From contig OZ219816.1 in assembly GCA_964291235.2 (NCBI GenBank), positions 608,001 through 672,000 on the forward strand: DNA of 64,000 nucleotides. Direction: 5' to 3'. A program made the position numbers and the translations under genes. Below are positions 19,799 to 29,450 of this stretch, piece after piece. Within the stretch, counting starts at the first letter, position 1, and each line of letters begins with the position of its first letter. The notes under the pieces were generated by a model. That model did no database searches and had not been told where the DNA came from. It saw only the letters and a program-made list of their open reading frames with translations. Origin of the DNA: Vicinamibacteria bacterium (GTDB lineage: Bacteria > Acidobacteriota > Vicinamibacteria > Marinacidobacterales > Marinacidobacteraceae).

Positions 19799-19802
<4 letters not shown>
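19158..19802 (-). CDS. hisIE: Bifunctional phosphoribosyl-AMP cyclohydrolase / phosphoribosyl-ATP diphosphatase
   Basis: [40 protein letters not shown]. Confidence 0.96.
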
Positions 19803-20602
<800 letters not shown>

Positions 20603-20654
20603 CGGGCGATTCTAGGCCGCGCGGCGAGGCCTTCCCGACCCCTAAGATTCCCGG

Positions 20655-21395
20655 ATGGACCCGACGCTGCCGCTGCACCCGGGAGGGGGATCGGTTCCTT
20701 CGCAGGGGCCCAGCCAGGAAATCCGCGCCCGGCGCGACCGCATCCGGGAGCAGGTGGGGAGCGAGCGGTGGCGGGCGTCCCGCGACCTGCTGGTGGTGGA
20801 AGCCGCCCGGGCGACGCTGCAACTGACCGGGACAGCCATCCCGGAAACGGAACTCCGGGCTGCTGTCGAGGGAGCGCCCACCGCCACCTTCGCCCCGGCG
20901 CTCGGGGCGCTCCGCCTGCTCCAGCGGGCGGCGGCGGACCGGGATCCCACCCGGGAGCTGATTCGTGAGGTTCACGCGGTTTCCGCCGGGGAAGCCGGAG
21001 CGAGTCCCTTCCGCGGCCACCAGATCGAGCCGCAGTTCCAGGGCGCGGGCCTCTCTCCCCCGCAGACCATTGAAATCCGGCTCGCCGAGCTTCTCGAATG
21101 GATTTCGGGGACCAGCGGTCAGGATCTCGAAACCGCGCCGCGCGCGGCCCTCTTCTTCGCCCGGTTCCTCGAGATCTCTCCTTTCGTGCGCGCCAACTTC
21201 CGGGTGGCGCACCTGATGCTCACCTTCTTCACGCTCGCCGACGACCAGCCGCCCGTCTGGTTCGAGGCGGAGGATGCGCCCGGTATCCGCGACGATGTCT
21301 CGCGGGCCTTCCGCTTCGACACGGGTCCCCTGACGGCGCGCATCGAGAGTTCCCTCCACCGCTCCCTCGACCGTGTCTCGGGTCCGGAGAGTTAA
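20655..21395 (+). CDS. Fic/Fido-domain protein with degenerate active-site motif
   Basis: IREVHA...FR...AALFFARFLEISPFVRANFRVAHLML aligns with F..IHPF.DGNGR..R. Confidence 0.7.
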   Translation: MDPTLPLHPGGGSVPSQGPSQEIRARRDRIREQVGSERWRASRDLLVVEAARATLQLTGTAIPETELRAAVEGAPTATFAPALGALRLLQRAAADRDPTRELIREVHAVSAGEAGASPFRGHQIEPQFQGAGLSPPQTIEIRLAELLEWISGTSGQDLETAPRAALFFARFLEISPFVRANFRVAHLMLTFFTLADDQPPVWFEAEDAPGIRDDVSRAFRFDTGPLTARIESSLHRSLDRVSGPES

Positions 21396-21630
21396 GAGCC
21401 CATGGCAAAACCCGCGCCCCCCCACCGGGAGAACTGGCACTTCGCGGCGCGTAGCGTCGCGGGGGTGGGGTGCGGGGAGGGGTTTCCCCTCCCCGTGAAA
21501 GACGATGCTGCGAATCGCACAGCGATTCGCAGCATCAACTCGTGGTGAAAGCGCCCCGCACGCACGCAAACCACGGATTTGGTGCGCGAGATCTCCTGGG
21601 GCTCGTGCGGGGTGCTTTCACCACGGGCTG
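21396..21630. mobile_element. MITE-like element, divergent composite copy with nested inverted repeat
   Basis: Ends GAGCCCATGGCAAAAC / TTTCACCACGGGCTG flanked by TTAA on both sides; internal IR CGTGGTGAAAGCGCCCCGCAC...GTGCGGGGTGCTTTCACCACG. Confidence 0.7.
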
Positions 21631-21702
21631 TTAATCGCCCGCTACAATCCGAAGCATCGGGTGATGCGGGGGCTTCCTCCCGGCTCCGCCCCGATATCCG
21701 AA

Positions 21703-21993
21703 ATGTTTCTGTGGTTCGGGCTACCCGGCTCTCTCGTCTCCGGCGTTGCCGGCCTTGGGGCGATGCTCCAGCAGCGGCAGACGGTCGAGTTCGTCACTCT
21801 CCCGAACCCCGAGCCGCCCCGCGGAATCCTGACGCTGATCCTGGAGTCCTTCGCGCTTGCCGGGACACTCCTGCTGGGAACGGTGCTGGTCGGACTCGGT
21901 TTCGGACTCTTCCGAATCTGGCTCATCCGCCGGTATCCGGACAACCGCTTCAACGGAAGCGGACGGGACACTCCCCGGCTCGACCTCAGTTGA
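21703..21993 (+). CDS. Small hypothetical membrane protein
   Basis: Hydrophobic segment LILESFALAGTLLLGTVLVGLGFGLF followed by basic residues; stop overlaps the TTG of the next gene. Start uncertain. Confidence 0.6.
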   Translation: MFLWFGLPGSLVSGVAGLGAMLQQRQTVEFVTLPNPEPPRGILTLILESFALAGTLLLGTVLVGLGFGLFRIWLIRRYPDNRFNGSGRDTPRLDLS

Positions 21994-22406
21994 GCGCGGC
22001 GGCGGATCTCCGGACCCCCGACCCGGTTCCCCTGGTCATCTATGACGGGGGCTGAGGTTTTTGCACACGCGCCGCGGTCGCGGCGGCCCGTTTCGCCGGC
22101 GATCGGCCGATTCGGTTTGCCGCTCACCAGGAACTGACGGACGACCGGCTGGCCGAGCTCGGCATCTCGCGGACGGCATGTGAGAGGCGGGTCCGGTTCC
22201 GGGATCCACGAGGCCGCTTTCACGGCGGGGCCTTCGCCGTGAACCGATTTCTGCTCTACGCCGCGCCGCCGGGGCTCCCGGGGTTTCCCTCCCGGGCGCT
22301 CGCGCTCCTCTGCTACGCGTTCCCGCCGCTGCTCCTCGCCGAACTCCTCGCCTACGAACTCGTCGCGCGGAACCGCGACTGCCGTCTGCTCAATCCGTCC
22401 GATTAG
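21990..22406 (+). CDS. DCC1-like / DUF393 thiol-disulfide oxidoreductase, probable selenoprotein (TGA at 22053-22055 read as Sec)
   Basis: Manual translation through the TGA: ...LVIYDGG-U-GFCTRAA...FHGGAFAVNRFL...LAYELVARNR...; carries the family motifs YDGxCxxC and YxxVAxNR; 138 aa, TAG at 22404-22406. Confidence 0.82.
22056..22090 (+). promoter_or_regulatory. Putative bacterial SECIS hairpin
   Basis: CGCCGC-GGTC-GCGGCG (22070-22085); the loop starts 20 nt after the UGA and resembles the GCA-GGUC-UGC apex of the E. coli fdhF SECIS. Confidence 0.65.
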
Positions 22407-22446
22407 ACGGTATCCTGCCCCACCGACCTATCCGAGGAGATTTCCC

Positions 22447-23325
22447 ATGTCCCGCTTTCGTTCCCTGACCCTCGCCTGCGCTCCGCTGCCGCTCCTCCTG
22501 GCCTGTGGCGCCCCTCCCGCCGAGGCGCCGATGGCCCCCCCCACGGTCGCGGTGGACGACCAGCCGGCCGGGGAATACGTTCGTTTTGCCGGCGCTTCGG
22601 GCGGGGCCGCCTGGGGCCGTATCGAAGGCGAAGAGATCGTGGTCCTGGGCGCGGCTCCCTGGGACGGCGGGGCGCCCACCGGAGAGCGGGTGGCGCGTTC
22701 CGGCGCCCGCCTGCTGGCGCCTGCCGACCCCGGCAAGGTGATCGCGATCGGTCTCAACTACGCCTCCCATCTTGGGGACCGCGAGCCGGCTTCCTATCCG
22801 GGGGTCTTCGCGAAGCTGCCGACGAGCATCGTGGGGCCGGGCGACGCGATCGAGATGACCGATGATGCCGGCAACGTCCACTACGAAGGCGAACTGGTGG
22901 TCGTGATCGGCAAGACGGCGCAGGACGTCTCCGTGGACCAGGCCCAGGACTACGTCTTCGGCGTGACCGCGGGCAACGACGTGAGCGAACGCGATTGGCA
23001 GGGCGCCGACCTCCAGTGGTTCCGGGCGAAGGCCTCCGACACCTACGGGCCGATCGGGCCAGTGATTTCCCGCGGCGTCAACTACGACGACCTCGAACTC
23101 ACGACCCGGCTGAACGGCGAAGTCGTGCAGCAGCAGCGCACCAGCGACCTGATCTTCGACACCAGCGACATCGTGAGTTACGTGAGCCGCTACGTGACGC
23201 TGATGCCCGGCGATGTCATCTTCACCGGGACCCCCGGCACCACCCAGGCGATGAACGAAGGGGACATGGTGTCGGTGGAGGTCGAGACGGTGGGCGTGCT
23301 CGAGAACCCGGTCGCCCGTCGCTAG
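22447..23325 (+). CDS. Fumarylacetoacetate hydrolase family protein with lipoprotein-like signal
   Basis: AIGLNYASH, FAK, HYEGELVVVIG, GNDVSERDWQ, KASDT, GDVIFTGTP; N-terminal LLLAC; GAGGAG RBS. Confidence 0.9.
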   Translation: MSRFRSLTLACAPLPLLLACGAPPAEAPMAPPTVAVDDQPAGEYVRFAGASGGAAWGRIEGEEIVVLGAAPWDGGAPTGERVARSGARLLAPADPGKVIAIGLNYASHLGDREPASYPGVFAKLPTSIVGPGDAIEMTDDAGNVHYEGELVVVIGKTAQDVSVDQAQDYVFGVTAGNDVSERDWQGADLQWFRAKASDTYGPIGPVISRGVNYDDLELTTRLNGEVVQQQRTSDLIFDTSDIVSYVSRYVTLMPGDVIFTGTPGTTQAMNEGDMVSVEVETVGVLENPVARR

Positions 23326-23385
23326 CCGGGACGGATCCCCGCTCCACTCCCGGTCCCGCCGCGCGGCCGACGCCGCGCGGGACCT

Positions 23386-23688
23386 TCAGGCGCTTGCGGC
23401 AGCCTTTTGCAGGCGGCGTCCGAGATGTTCCTCGATGGCGGAGCAGGGGACGAACATCGGCTTCTCGTCCACGTCGATCCGGAACGAACAGCCGCCACCG
23501 CCGTTGTCCGTGACTTCGAAGGTCCCCGAGAAGTTCCCGAGCGGCGTCGGCAGGGAGAATTCGCCGAACCCGGCGGAATCCTCGCCCCCGTGGACGGTGC
23601 CACCGAACCGGGCGAAGTCGGCCCGGAGGGCTTCCAGAAGCCGTGCGGCCTCGACACCGAGGCTGAAATCGAACTGACAGGCGGACAT
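23386..23688 (-). CDS. Small hypothetical protein
   Basis: About 100 aa, protein-like composition (MSACQFDF...DEKPMFVPCSAIE); follows the M20 peptidase on the same strand. Confidence 0.65.
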   Translation of the reverse strand: MSACQFDFSLGVEAARLLEALRADFARFGGTVHGGEDSAGFGEFSLPTPLGNFSGTFEVTDNGGGGCSFRIDVDEKPMFVPCSAIEEHLGRRLQKAAASA

Positions 23689-23703
23689 GCCCGACCCCAC
23701 CAG

Positions 23704-25014
23704 CTAGTTCGCCGCTTCGAGGCCGGCTTCGGCCAGCACGAGCAGCAACGCCTTCTGAATTCCGAGGTGGCCGTCCCGGTTGGCCCACCACTCGTGAAGC
23801 GAGTGAGCGCCGAAGCCCTCCCCGCCGCTCCCGATGGTGGTGGCCGGAATGCCGCGGGCGATGGGAACGTTCGAGTCCGTGGAACCCATGCTGAGCTCCG
23901 GTTCCGCTCCCACGGCCCGGGTCGCCGCGAGCGCCCGCTGAATGAGGGGGGTGTCGATGGCGACCATTCCGGAGGGCCGGTCTCCGATCATCTCGATGTC
24001 CACGGTGAGTTCCTCGCCGTCCCGGCGCATTTCGTTCTGCTCCGCGAGGGCCTCGGTCATGGCTTTCTGGAAGATGGCGTCGATCTCCTGCAACCGTCCC
24101 GGTTCCATGGAACGCATGTCCACTTCCATCCAGTTTTCGAACGGGATCGAGTTCACCGAGGTTCCGCCCCCGATGCGGCCGATGTTGTAGGTGGTCTTGG
24201 CTCCCGCGGTGACGTACTCGCCCGCCCGATCGTCGAACAGCTTGATGGCCCGGGCCATCGCATGGGCGGGATTCCCGAGGCCGAAGGCGCCCCAGGAGTG
24301 CCCGCCGGGTCCGAGGAAGCGGACCCGGTAGCGGTGGGAACCGATCGCGTGGTTCAGGACCCGGGTGTTGCTCGTGCCGTCGATGGCGATGAACGCGTCG
24401 ATCTGCGGTCCCCCGTCCCGGAAGAGGTGCTTGACTCCCCGCAGGTCACCGATGCCCTCTTCGCCGACCGATCCGACGAACAGCACGTCATCGCGCGTCT
24501 CGAGCCCGTGGCGATTCAGGAGCTTGACGATGGTCAGCATCGTCACCAGGCCGCGGGTGTCGTCGGCGATTCCCGGGGCCATGAGCTTGTCGCCGTCCCG
24601 GGTAACGGTGACGTCGGTCCCTTCGGGAAACACCGTGTCGAGGTGGGCCACGACCGCTACGGTCCGGCCACCGGTCCGGCCCTTTCGGCGCGCGACCACG
24701 TTGCCGATCTCGTCGAGTTCGGCCTCCAGCCCCGCTTGCTGAACCAGTCCCCGATAGTGCGCCGCGCGCACTTCCTCCTTGAAGGGTGGCGCCGGGATCT
24801 CGGTCAGTTCGATGAGCAGGCGTTCGTTCGCCTCGTCCATCGCGAGGACCTCCTCGAGCGCCGCCGAGACCCGGGAGTCGGCCGTGATCTCCGCCAACTC
24901 GGCCTCGTATTCGGGGAGCACCTCGAGCTGTTGGGCCCGGGCCCCGAGTGCCGGGAAGGCCAGGGCGGCGACCAGGACGGAAAACAGTTGTGTTCTGGAA
25001 TGCGATAGCGGCAT
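23704..25014 (-). CDS. M20/M25/M40 family metallopeptidase, secreted
   Basis: IPAPPFKEEVR, AHLDTVF, PGIADD, GEEG, GGHSWG, GSTDSN, AHSLHE; signal peptide. Confidence 0.9.
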   Translation of the reverse strand: MPLSHSRTQLFSVLVAALAFPALGARAQQLEVLPEYEAELAEITADSRVSAALEEVLAMDEANERLLIELTEIPAPPFKEEVRAAHYRGLVQQAGLEAELDEIGNVVARRKGRTGGRTVAVVAHLDTVFPEGTDVTVTRDGDKLMAPGIADDTRGLVTMLTIVKLLNRHGLETRDDVLFVGSVGEEGIGDLRGVKHLFRDGGPQIDAFIAIDGTSNTRVLNHAIGSHRYRVRFLGPGGHSWGAFGLGNPAHAMARAIKLFDDRAGEYVTAGAKTTYNIGRIGGGTSVNSIPFENWMEVDMRSMEPGRLQEIDAIFQKAMTEALAEQNEMRRDGEELTVDIEMIGDRPSGMVAIDTPLIQRALAATRAVGAEPELSMGSTDSNVPIARGIPATTIGSGGEGFGAHSLHEWWANRDGHLGIQKALLLVLAEAGLEAAN

Positions 25015-25119
25015 AACCGCCCAATGCTACCCGAGTCGGTGTCCGGTTCCGCCGCTGCGCTTTCGACGGGGAAAGGGTTGCCAGCAGCGTCGGTTGCTCG
25101 CTGTAACCTCCCCGCGCCG

Positions 25120-27324
25120 ATGTCGTTTCGCAGCCTTCCCGCCTGGCGGGGGCGCGCTCTCCGGGCCACGCTGTTTCGCCGGCTCTGCCCGGTGCTCGTC
25201 GTCGCCGCTTCCCACCTCCCGGGGTGGGCAAGCGAAGCGCACGCCCAGCCGCCGCAGCCGGAGCGGGTGGTAGTGCTCGGTTTCGACGGAGCCGACCCGG
25301 ACACCATCGCCGGGATGATCGCGGAGGGCGACCTTCCGAACCTCGCGAAACTCGCCCGGGAGGGAACCTTCGCGCCGCTCGCCACCACGAAACCGTCGGA
25401 GTCCCCGGTGGCCTGGGCGACCTTCGCCACCGGGATGAACCCCGGCCGCACCAGGATCTTCGACTTTCTCGAAAAGCGCGAAGACACCTACGTCCCTCAA
25501 ATCGCGCTCGTGCGGCAGGCATCGAGGGAGCTGCCGGGGACGCCGATCCGGGTGGGTGCGGTCCTGGTGTTCGCGCTCGGGGCCGGAATCGCCGCCACGT
25601 GGCTCCTCTCCCGCACCCGGTTGCGCCCTCGGGTCCGCTGGGTGATTCTCGGGGTGCTGACGGTGGTTCCCGGGGTGGCGGCAGCTCTCGTTGCGGCATG
25701 GGTGCCCGCCGCCGTCCCGCAGGCGATCCGGGCCCGGCAGGGAGACGCCTTCTGGAAGCTCGCTGGCGGGGCAGGGGTGCCCACGGTGGCGCTCCAGGCC
25801 CCCATGGAGTTCCCGGTCGAAGAATCGCCCGGCGCCCGCATCCTTGCCGGATTCGGAGTCCCCGACGTCCGCAAGTCGTTCGGACTCTGGTCCGTGTACA
25901 CCACGGACCTCCTGGAGGAGGAGTCCACGGAAACCGGCGGCACCCGCTTTCCGCTCCGTTTCGAAGCCGGCGTGGCGACGAGCGTGATCCGCGGGCCGCG
26001 AAATTTCGCCGCCGCGACCCGGGAGGCGGATCAGCCCGAGGTCGAGATTCCGGTCACCTTCCGCCGGAGCGCGGACCGCCTCGAGATCGCGACCTCCGGC
26101 ACGGTTGCCCGTCTTGCCGCGGGAGAGTGGTCCGACTTCGTCCCGGTTCGATTCTCTTTGAATCCGCTGATCAGCCTCGCCGGGCTGGTGCGTTTTCGGG
26201 TGCTTTCCCTGGAGCCGAACGTGTCGGTTTACATGGAGCCGATCAACTTCGACCCCGAGCGACTGCCGCCGATCGTGGACCTGTCGTTCCCCCGGGATTT
26301 TGCGGGCGATCTGGCGCGGCGCACGGGGTCCTACGAGACGATCGGCTGGAAGATCATCACCAACCCGCTGCGTGATGAGGCGGTGGACTTCGAGGCCCTG
26401 CTCGAGGACGCACGGTTCGCCCGGGAGTCGAACGAGCGGCTCCTCATGGAGACGATCCGGGAGGACTCATGGCGGCTGCTGACGGCTGTCTTCCTGTTTC
26501 CCGACCGCATCCAGCACATGCTGTATCGCTTCGCCGACCCCGAGCATCCAAACCACGATCCGGAGCTTGCCGCTCGCTACGGCGGAGGCATTTCCGACGC
26601 CTACCGGGACGTGGACCGCATCGTGGGCGCGGCGATGGAGTCAGCGCCGCCGGACACCCATTTCCTGGTGGTCTCCGATCACGGCTTCCATTCCTTTCGC
26701 AAGCAGTTCAACGTGAACACCTGGTTGGCCGAGAACGGGTACCTGCGGGCCATGGGAGATTCGGGGGAACGCCGGCTCGAGGATCTCTTCGACCCCGACG
26801 CGCTGTTCTTCGTCGGCGTCGATTGGAGCCGGACGAGCGCCTTCGCCCTGGGCCTTTCCGGGATCTATCTGAACCAGCGGGGCCGCGAGCCGGAAGGGAT
26901 CGTCGCGCCCGGCGCGGACCGCGAGCGGCTCATCGAGCGGCTCATCAGCGATCTCAGGGCGTTCCGCGATCCGGAGACCGGCGCGCCGGTGGTCCGGACG
27001 GTGTACCGGCGCGAGGACATCTACCGCGGCCCGTTCGTGGAGGAGGCTCCCGACCTGATCCTCGGTCTCGAGCCCGGCTACCGGATCGGGTGGCAGAGCA
27101 CGCTTGGCGGCATGCCCGCGTCCTCGATCACCCCCAATCTGGACAACTGGAGCGGTGACCACTGTTCGATGGAAGACACCGAGGGAGTGCTCCTCTCCAC
27201 GCTGCCGCTCCAGGAGCCGGCGGCCCTCCGGGATGTCGCCCCGACGGTCCTCGACCTGCTCGGCGTCGAGGCGCCGGAGGAAATGGACGGAATCTCCCTC
27301 CTGTCCCCGCCGCCGCCTCGCTGA
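25120..27324 (+). CDS. Alkaline phosphatase superfamily (type I phosphodiesterase/nucleotide pyrophosphatase-like) membrane protein
   Basis: VLGFDGAD, SPVAWATFATG.NPG, DRIQH, VSDHGF, WSGDH, DVAPTVL; two TM helices inserted. Start uncertain. Confidence 0.85.
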   Translation: MSFRSLPAWRGRALRATLFRRLCPVLVVAASHLPGWASEAHAQPPQPERVVVLGFDGADPDTIAGMIAEGDLPNLAKLAREGTFAPLATTKPSESPVAWATFATGMNPGRTRIFDFLEKREDTYVPQIALVRQASRELPGTPIRVGAVLVFALGAGIAATWLLSRTRLRPRVRWVILGVLTVVPGVAAALVAAWVPAAVPQAIRARQGDAFWKLAGGAGVPTVALQAPMEFPVEESPGARILAGFGVPDVRKSFGLWSVYTTDLLEEESTETGGTRFPLRFEAGVATSVIRGPRNFAAATREADQPEVEIPVTFRRSADRLEIATSGTVARLAAGEWSDFVPVRFSLNPLISLAGLVRFRVLSLEPNVSVYMEPINFDPERLPPIVDLSFPRDFAGDLARRTGSYETIGWKIITNPLRDEAVDFEALLEDARFARESNERLLMETIREDSWRLLTAVFLFPDRIQHMLYRFADPEHPNHDPELAARYGGGISDAYRDVDRIVGAAMESAPPDTHFLVVSDHGFHSFRKQFNVNTWLAENGYLRAMGDSGERRLEDLFDPDALFFVGVDWSRTSAFALGLSGIYLNQRGREPEGIVAPGADRERLIERLISDLRAFRDPETGAPVVRTVYRREDIYRGPFVEEAPDLILGLEPGYRIGWQSTLGGMPASSITPNLDNWSGDHCSMEDTEGVLLSTLPLQEPAALRDVAPTVLDLLGVEAPEEMDGISLLSPPPPR

Positions 27325-27333
27325 CACGGTTAA

Positions 27334-27566
27334 CAGCCTGTGGCAAAACCCCCGCGGCGTCCGACGGGCGATGCCTCCTGGCTGGCCCCCACCGGGAGGA
27401 CTGGCCGCGCCTCTGCGAGGCGCTCATCGTTGCGTTTCGGTCGAAATACACTCGGTATTCCTCCCTCACGCGCCGCCCCCACCGGGAGAACTGGGTCAGC
27501 CAAGCGCCTCACCCCCAGTTCTCCCGGTGGGGGCCTCGGCGCTCACGGGGGTTTCACCACAGGCTG
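27334..27566. mobile_element. MITE, 233 bp
   Basis: TIRs CAGCCTGTGGCAAAACCCCCG / CGGGGGTTTCACCACAGGCTG; TTAA duplicated on both sides; homologous to 44138-44316 and 62742-62974 in the opposite orientation. Confidence 0.9.
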
Positions 27567-27609
27567 TTAACGGGGCCCGGTTTCGCCGGTTTTCCGGGTG
27601 CGGCCGGGA

Positions 27610-29379
27610 TCAGTTGCTGCGGTTGCGGAAGATCCAGACCGCGGCGCCGACCGCAATGCCCGCGACTACCAGGGAACCGGCGTTGACCGGTCCCAGCGAC
27701 CCGGACCACAGGATCGCGTAGCCGAGCGCCCCGGGTAGCAGGGCGTAATACACGAAGGGCACCAGGGTGCGCCGGATCACGGCGCCTTCCCGGCCGACCA
27801 GACCGACCACCGCCGAGGCGGCGACCACGTTGTGGACGCAGATCATGTTTCCTGCCGCCCCTCCGACGGCCTGCAGGGCGACCACCCAGCCGGGATCCAC
27901 CGACAACCGTTCGCCCACTCCGAATTGGAAGAGCGAGAACATCATGTTGCTCACCGTGTTGCTGCCGGCGACGAAGGCGCCGAGGCCGCCGATGAAGGGT
28001 GCGAAGAACGGCCACGCCGACCCCGCGACCTGCGCGGCGCCCTCGGCGAGCGCGATCGGCATCGAGGCCAGGCCCGCGGCTCCGCCGCCGGTATTCAGGA
28101 AAACCTGCACCATGGGAACGGTGAAGACGAGCGCCACGGACGCGAGGCCGGTGCTCCGGAGCGAGGCGGAGACCGCGCGCCCTATCTGTTGACCGTCCAT
28201 ACGGTGCAGCACGGCGGCAAACAGGGAAGCCGCGATGAACACCGCGCCGGGCAAAAAGAGCGGGGCGGCGCTGGCGGTGATGCCGCTGCCGAAGATGTCC
28301 GGCCAACGGATCACCACCCCCGAGAGGAACTCCTTGAACGGCAGCGACGGCAGGCGGGTCAGGACCAGCAGGCCTCCGACCACCGCGTAGGGGGCCCACG
28401 CGGACACCGTTCCGATCGTCCGGCCCGCGGCCGGCTGGATGTCGGAGACGAGTTTGCCGCCGACCCAGTCGGGCTCCCACGAGGAGCGCGCCGGGAATTC
28501 GAAGTGCTGGTCGGGAGGGGGCATGAAGAGCCCGCGCCTGGCGGCCGTGACCACGATCCCAAGCCCGATCAACCCGCCGAGCAGCGCCGGGAACTCCGGA
28601 CCGAGGAGCCAGGCGGTGAGCAGGTAGGGGGCCGTCATCGACACCGCGGCGAAGAGAGCGAACTTCCAGACCGCGAGGCCCTCGCGGAAACTGCGCCGCT
28701 CGCCGAAGAACCGGGTCATGGTGGCGACCACGATGAGAGGAACCAGGGTGCCGGCGACGGTGTGGAGCACGGCGACCCGGAAGCCGATGAAGGCGAGAAA
28801 ATCAGTCCACTCCACGAGACCGAGTCCCGCGGCATAGGCGGTCACCGCCTCGGATCCGGAGAGCCCGGTCGAGACACCGACCAGGATCGGGGTTCCGGCG
28901 GCGCCGAACGAGACGGGAGTGCTCTGAATCAGCATCCCCGCCACCACGGCGGCGAGCGGCGGGAAACCGAGCCCCACCAACAGGGGCACGGCGACGGCCG
29001 CCGGGGTCCCGAAGCCGGCGGACCCCTCGATGAACGCTCCGAAGAGCCAGGCAATCAGAAGGACCTGGATGCGCCGGTCCGGAGTGATACCCACAAATCC
29101 CCGGCGGATGACGGAGAGCGCTCCGCTTTCCTGCATGGTGTGGAGCAGCAGGAGCGCGCCGAAAATGATGTAGAGGAGGGTCGCTGCGACGACCAGTCCG
29201 TTGATCGAGGCGGCGGCGATCCTGACGCCCGAGATGCCCCAGACGCCGAGGGCGAGCCCGGCGGCGGCGAGCCAGCTCAGCGGCATGGCGCGGGACGCCG
29301 GCCAGCGCAGTCCGACCAGGAAGAGGGCGACCACCGCGATCGGCACGAGTGCGACCGCGGCAAGACCGAGAGTTCCCAT
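27610..29379 (-). CDS. lctP: L-lactate permease (LctP family)
   Basis: Many TM helices; [55 protein letters not shown]. Confidence 0.9.
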   Translation of the reverse strand: MGTLGLAAVALVPIAVVALFLVGLRWPASRAMPLSWLAAAGLALGVWGISGVRIAAASINGLVVAATLLYIIFGALLLLHTMQESGALSVIRRGFVGITPDRRIQVLLIAWLFGAFIEGSAGFGTPAAVAVPLLVGLGFPPLAAVVAGMLIQSTPVSFGAAGTPILVGVSTGLSGSEAVTAYAAGLGLVEWTDFLAFIGFRVAVLHTVAGTLVPLIVVATMTRFFGERRSFREGLAVWKFALFAAVSMTAPYLLTAWLLGPEFPALLGGLIGLGIVVTAARRGLFMPPPDQHFEFPARSSWEPDWVGGKLVSDIQPAAGRTIGTVSAWAPYAVVGGLLVLTRLPSLPFKEFLSGVVIRWPDIFGSGITASAAPLFLPGAVFIAASLFAAVLHRMDGQQIGRAVSASLRSTGLASVALVFTVPMVQVFLNTGGGAAGLASMPIALAEGAAQVAGSAWPFFAPFIGGLGAFVAGSNTVSNMMFSLFQFGVGERLSVDPGWVVALQAVGGAAGNMICVHNVVAASAVVGLVGREGAVIRRTLVPFVYYALLPGALGYAILWSGSLGPVNAGSLVVAGIAVGAAVWIFRNRSN

Positions 29380-29450
29380 GAGAGTTACCTGCCTTTTGCT
29401 CCTCGCGCCGCCTCGTGGGCTACGGAGGACCGGCTGCTAGGCTCCCGGCC

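Noticed and set aside
21579-22055. 158-aa ORF as called by the track
   Set aside because: Its N-terminus runs through a MITE and overlaps another gene; only the last ~21 codons appear real, as the start of the Sec-containing DCC gene.
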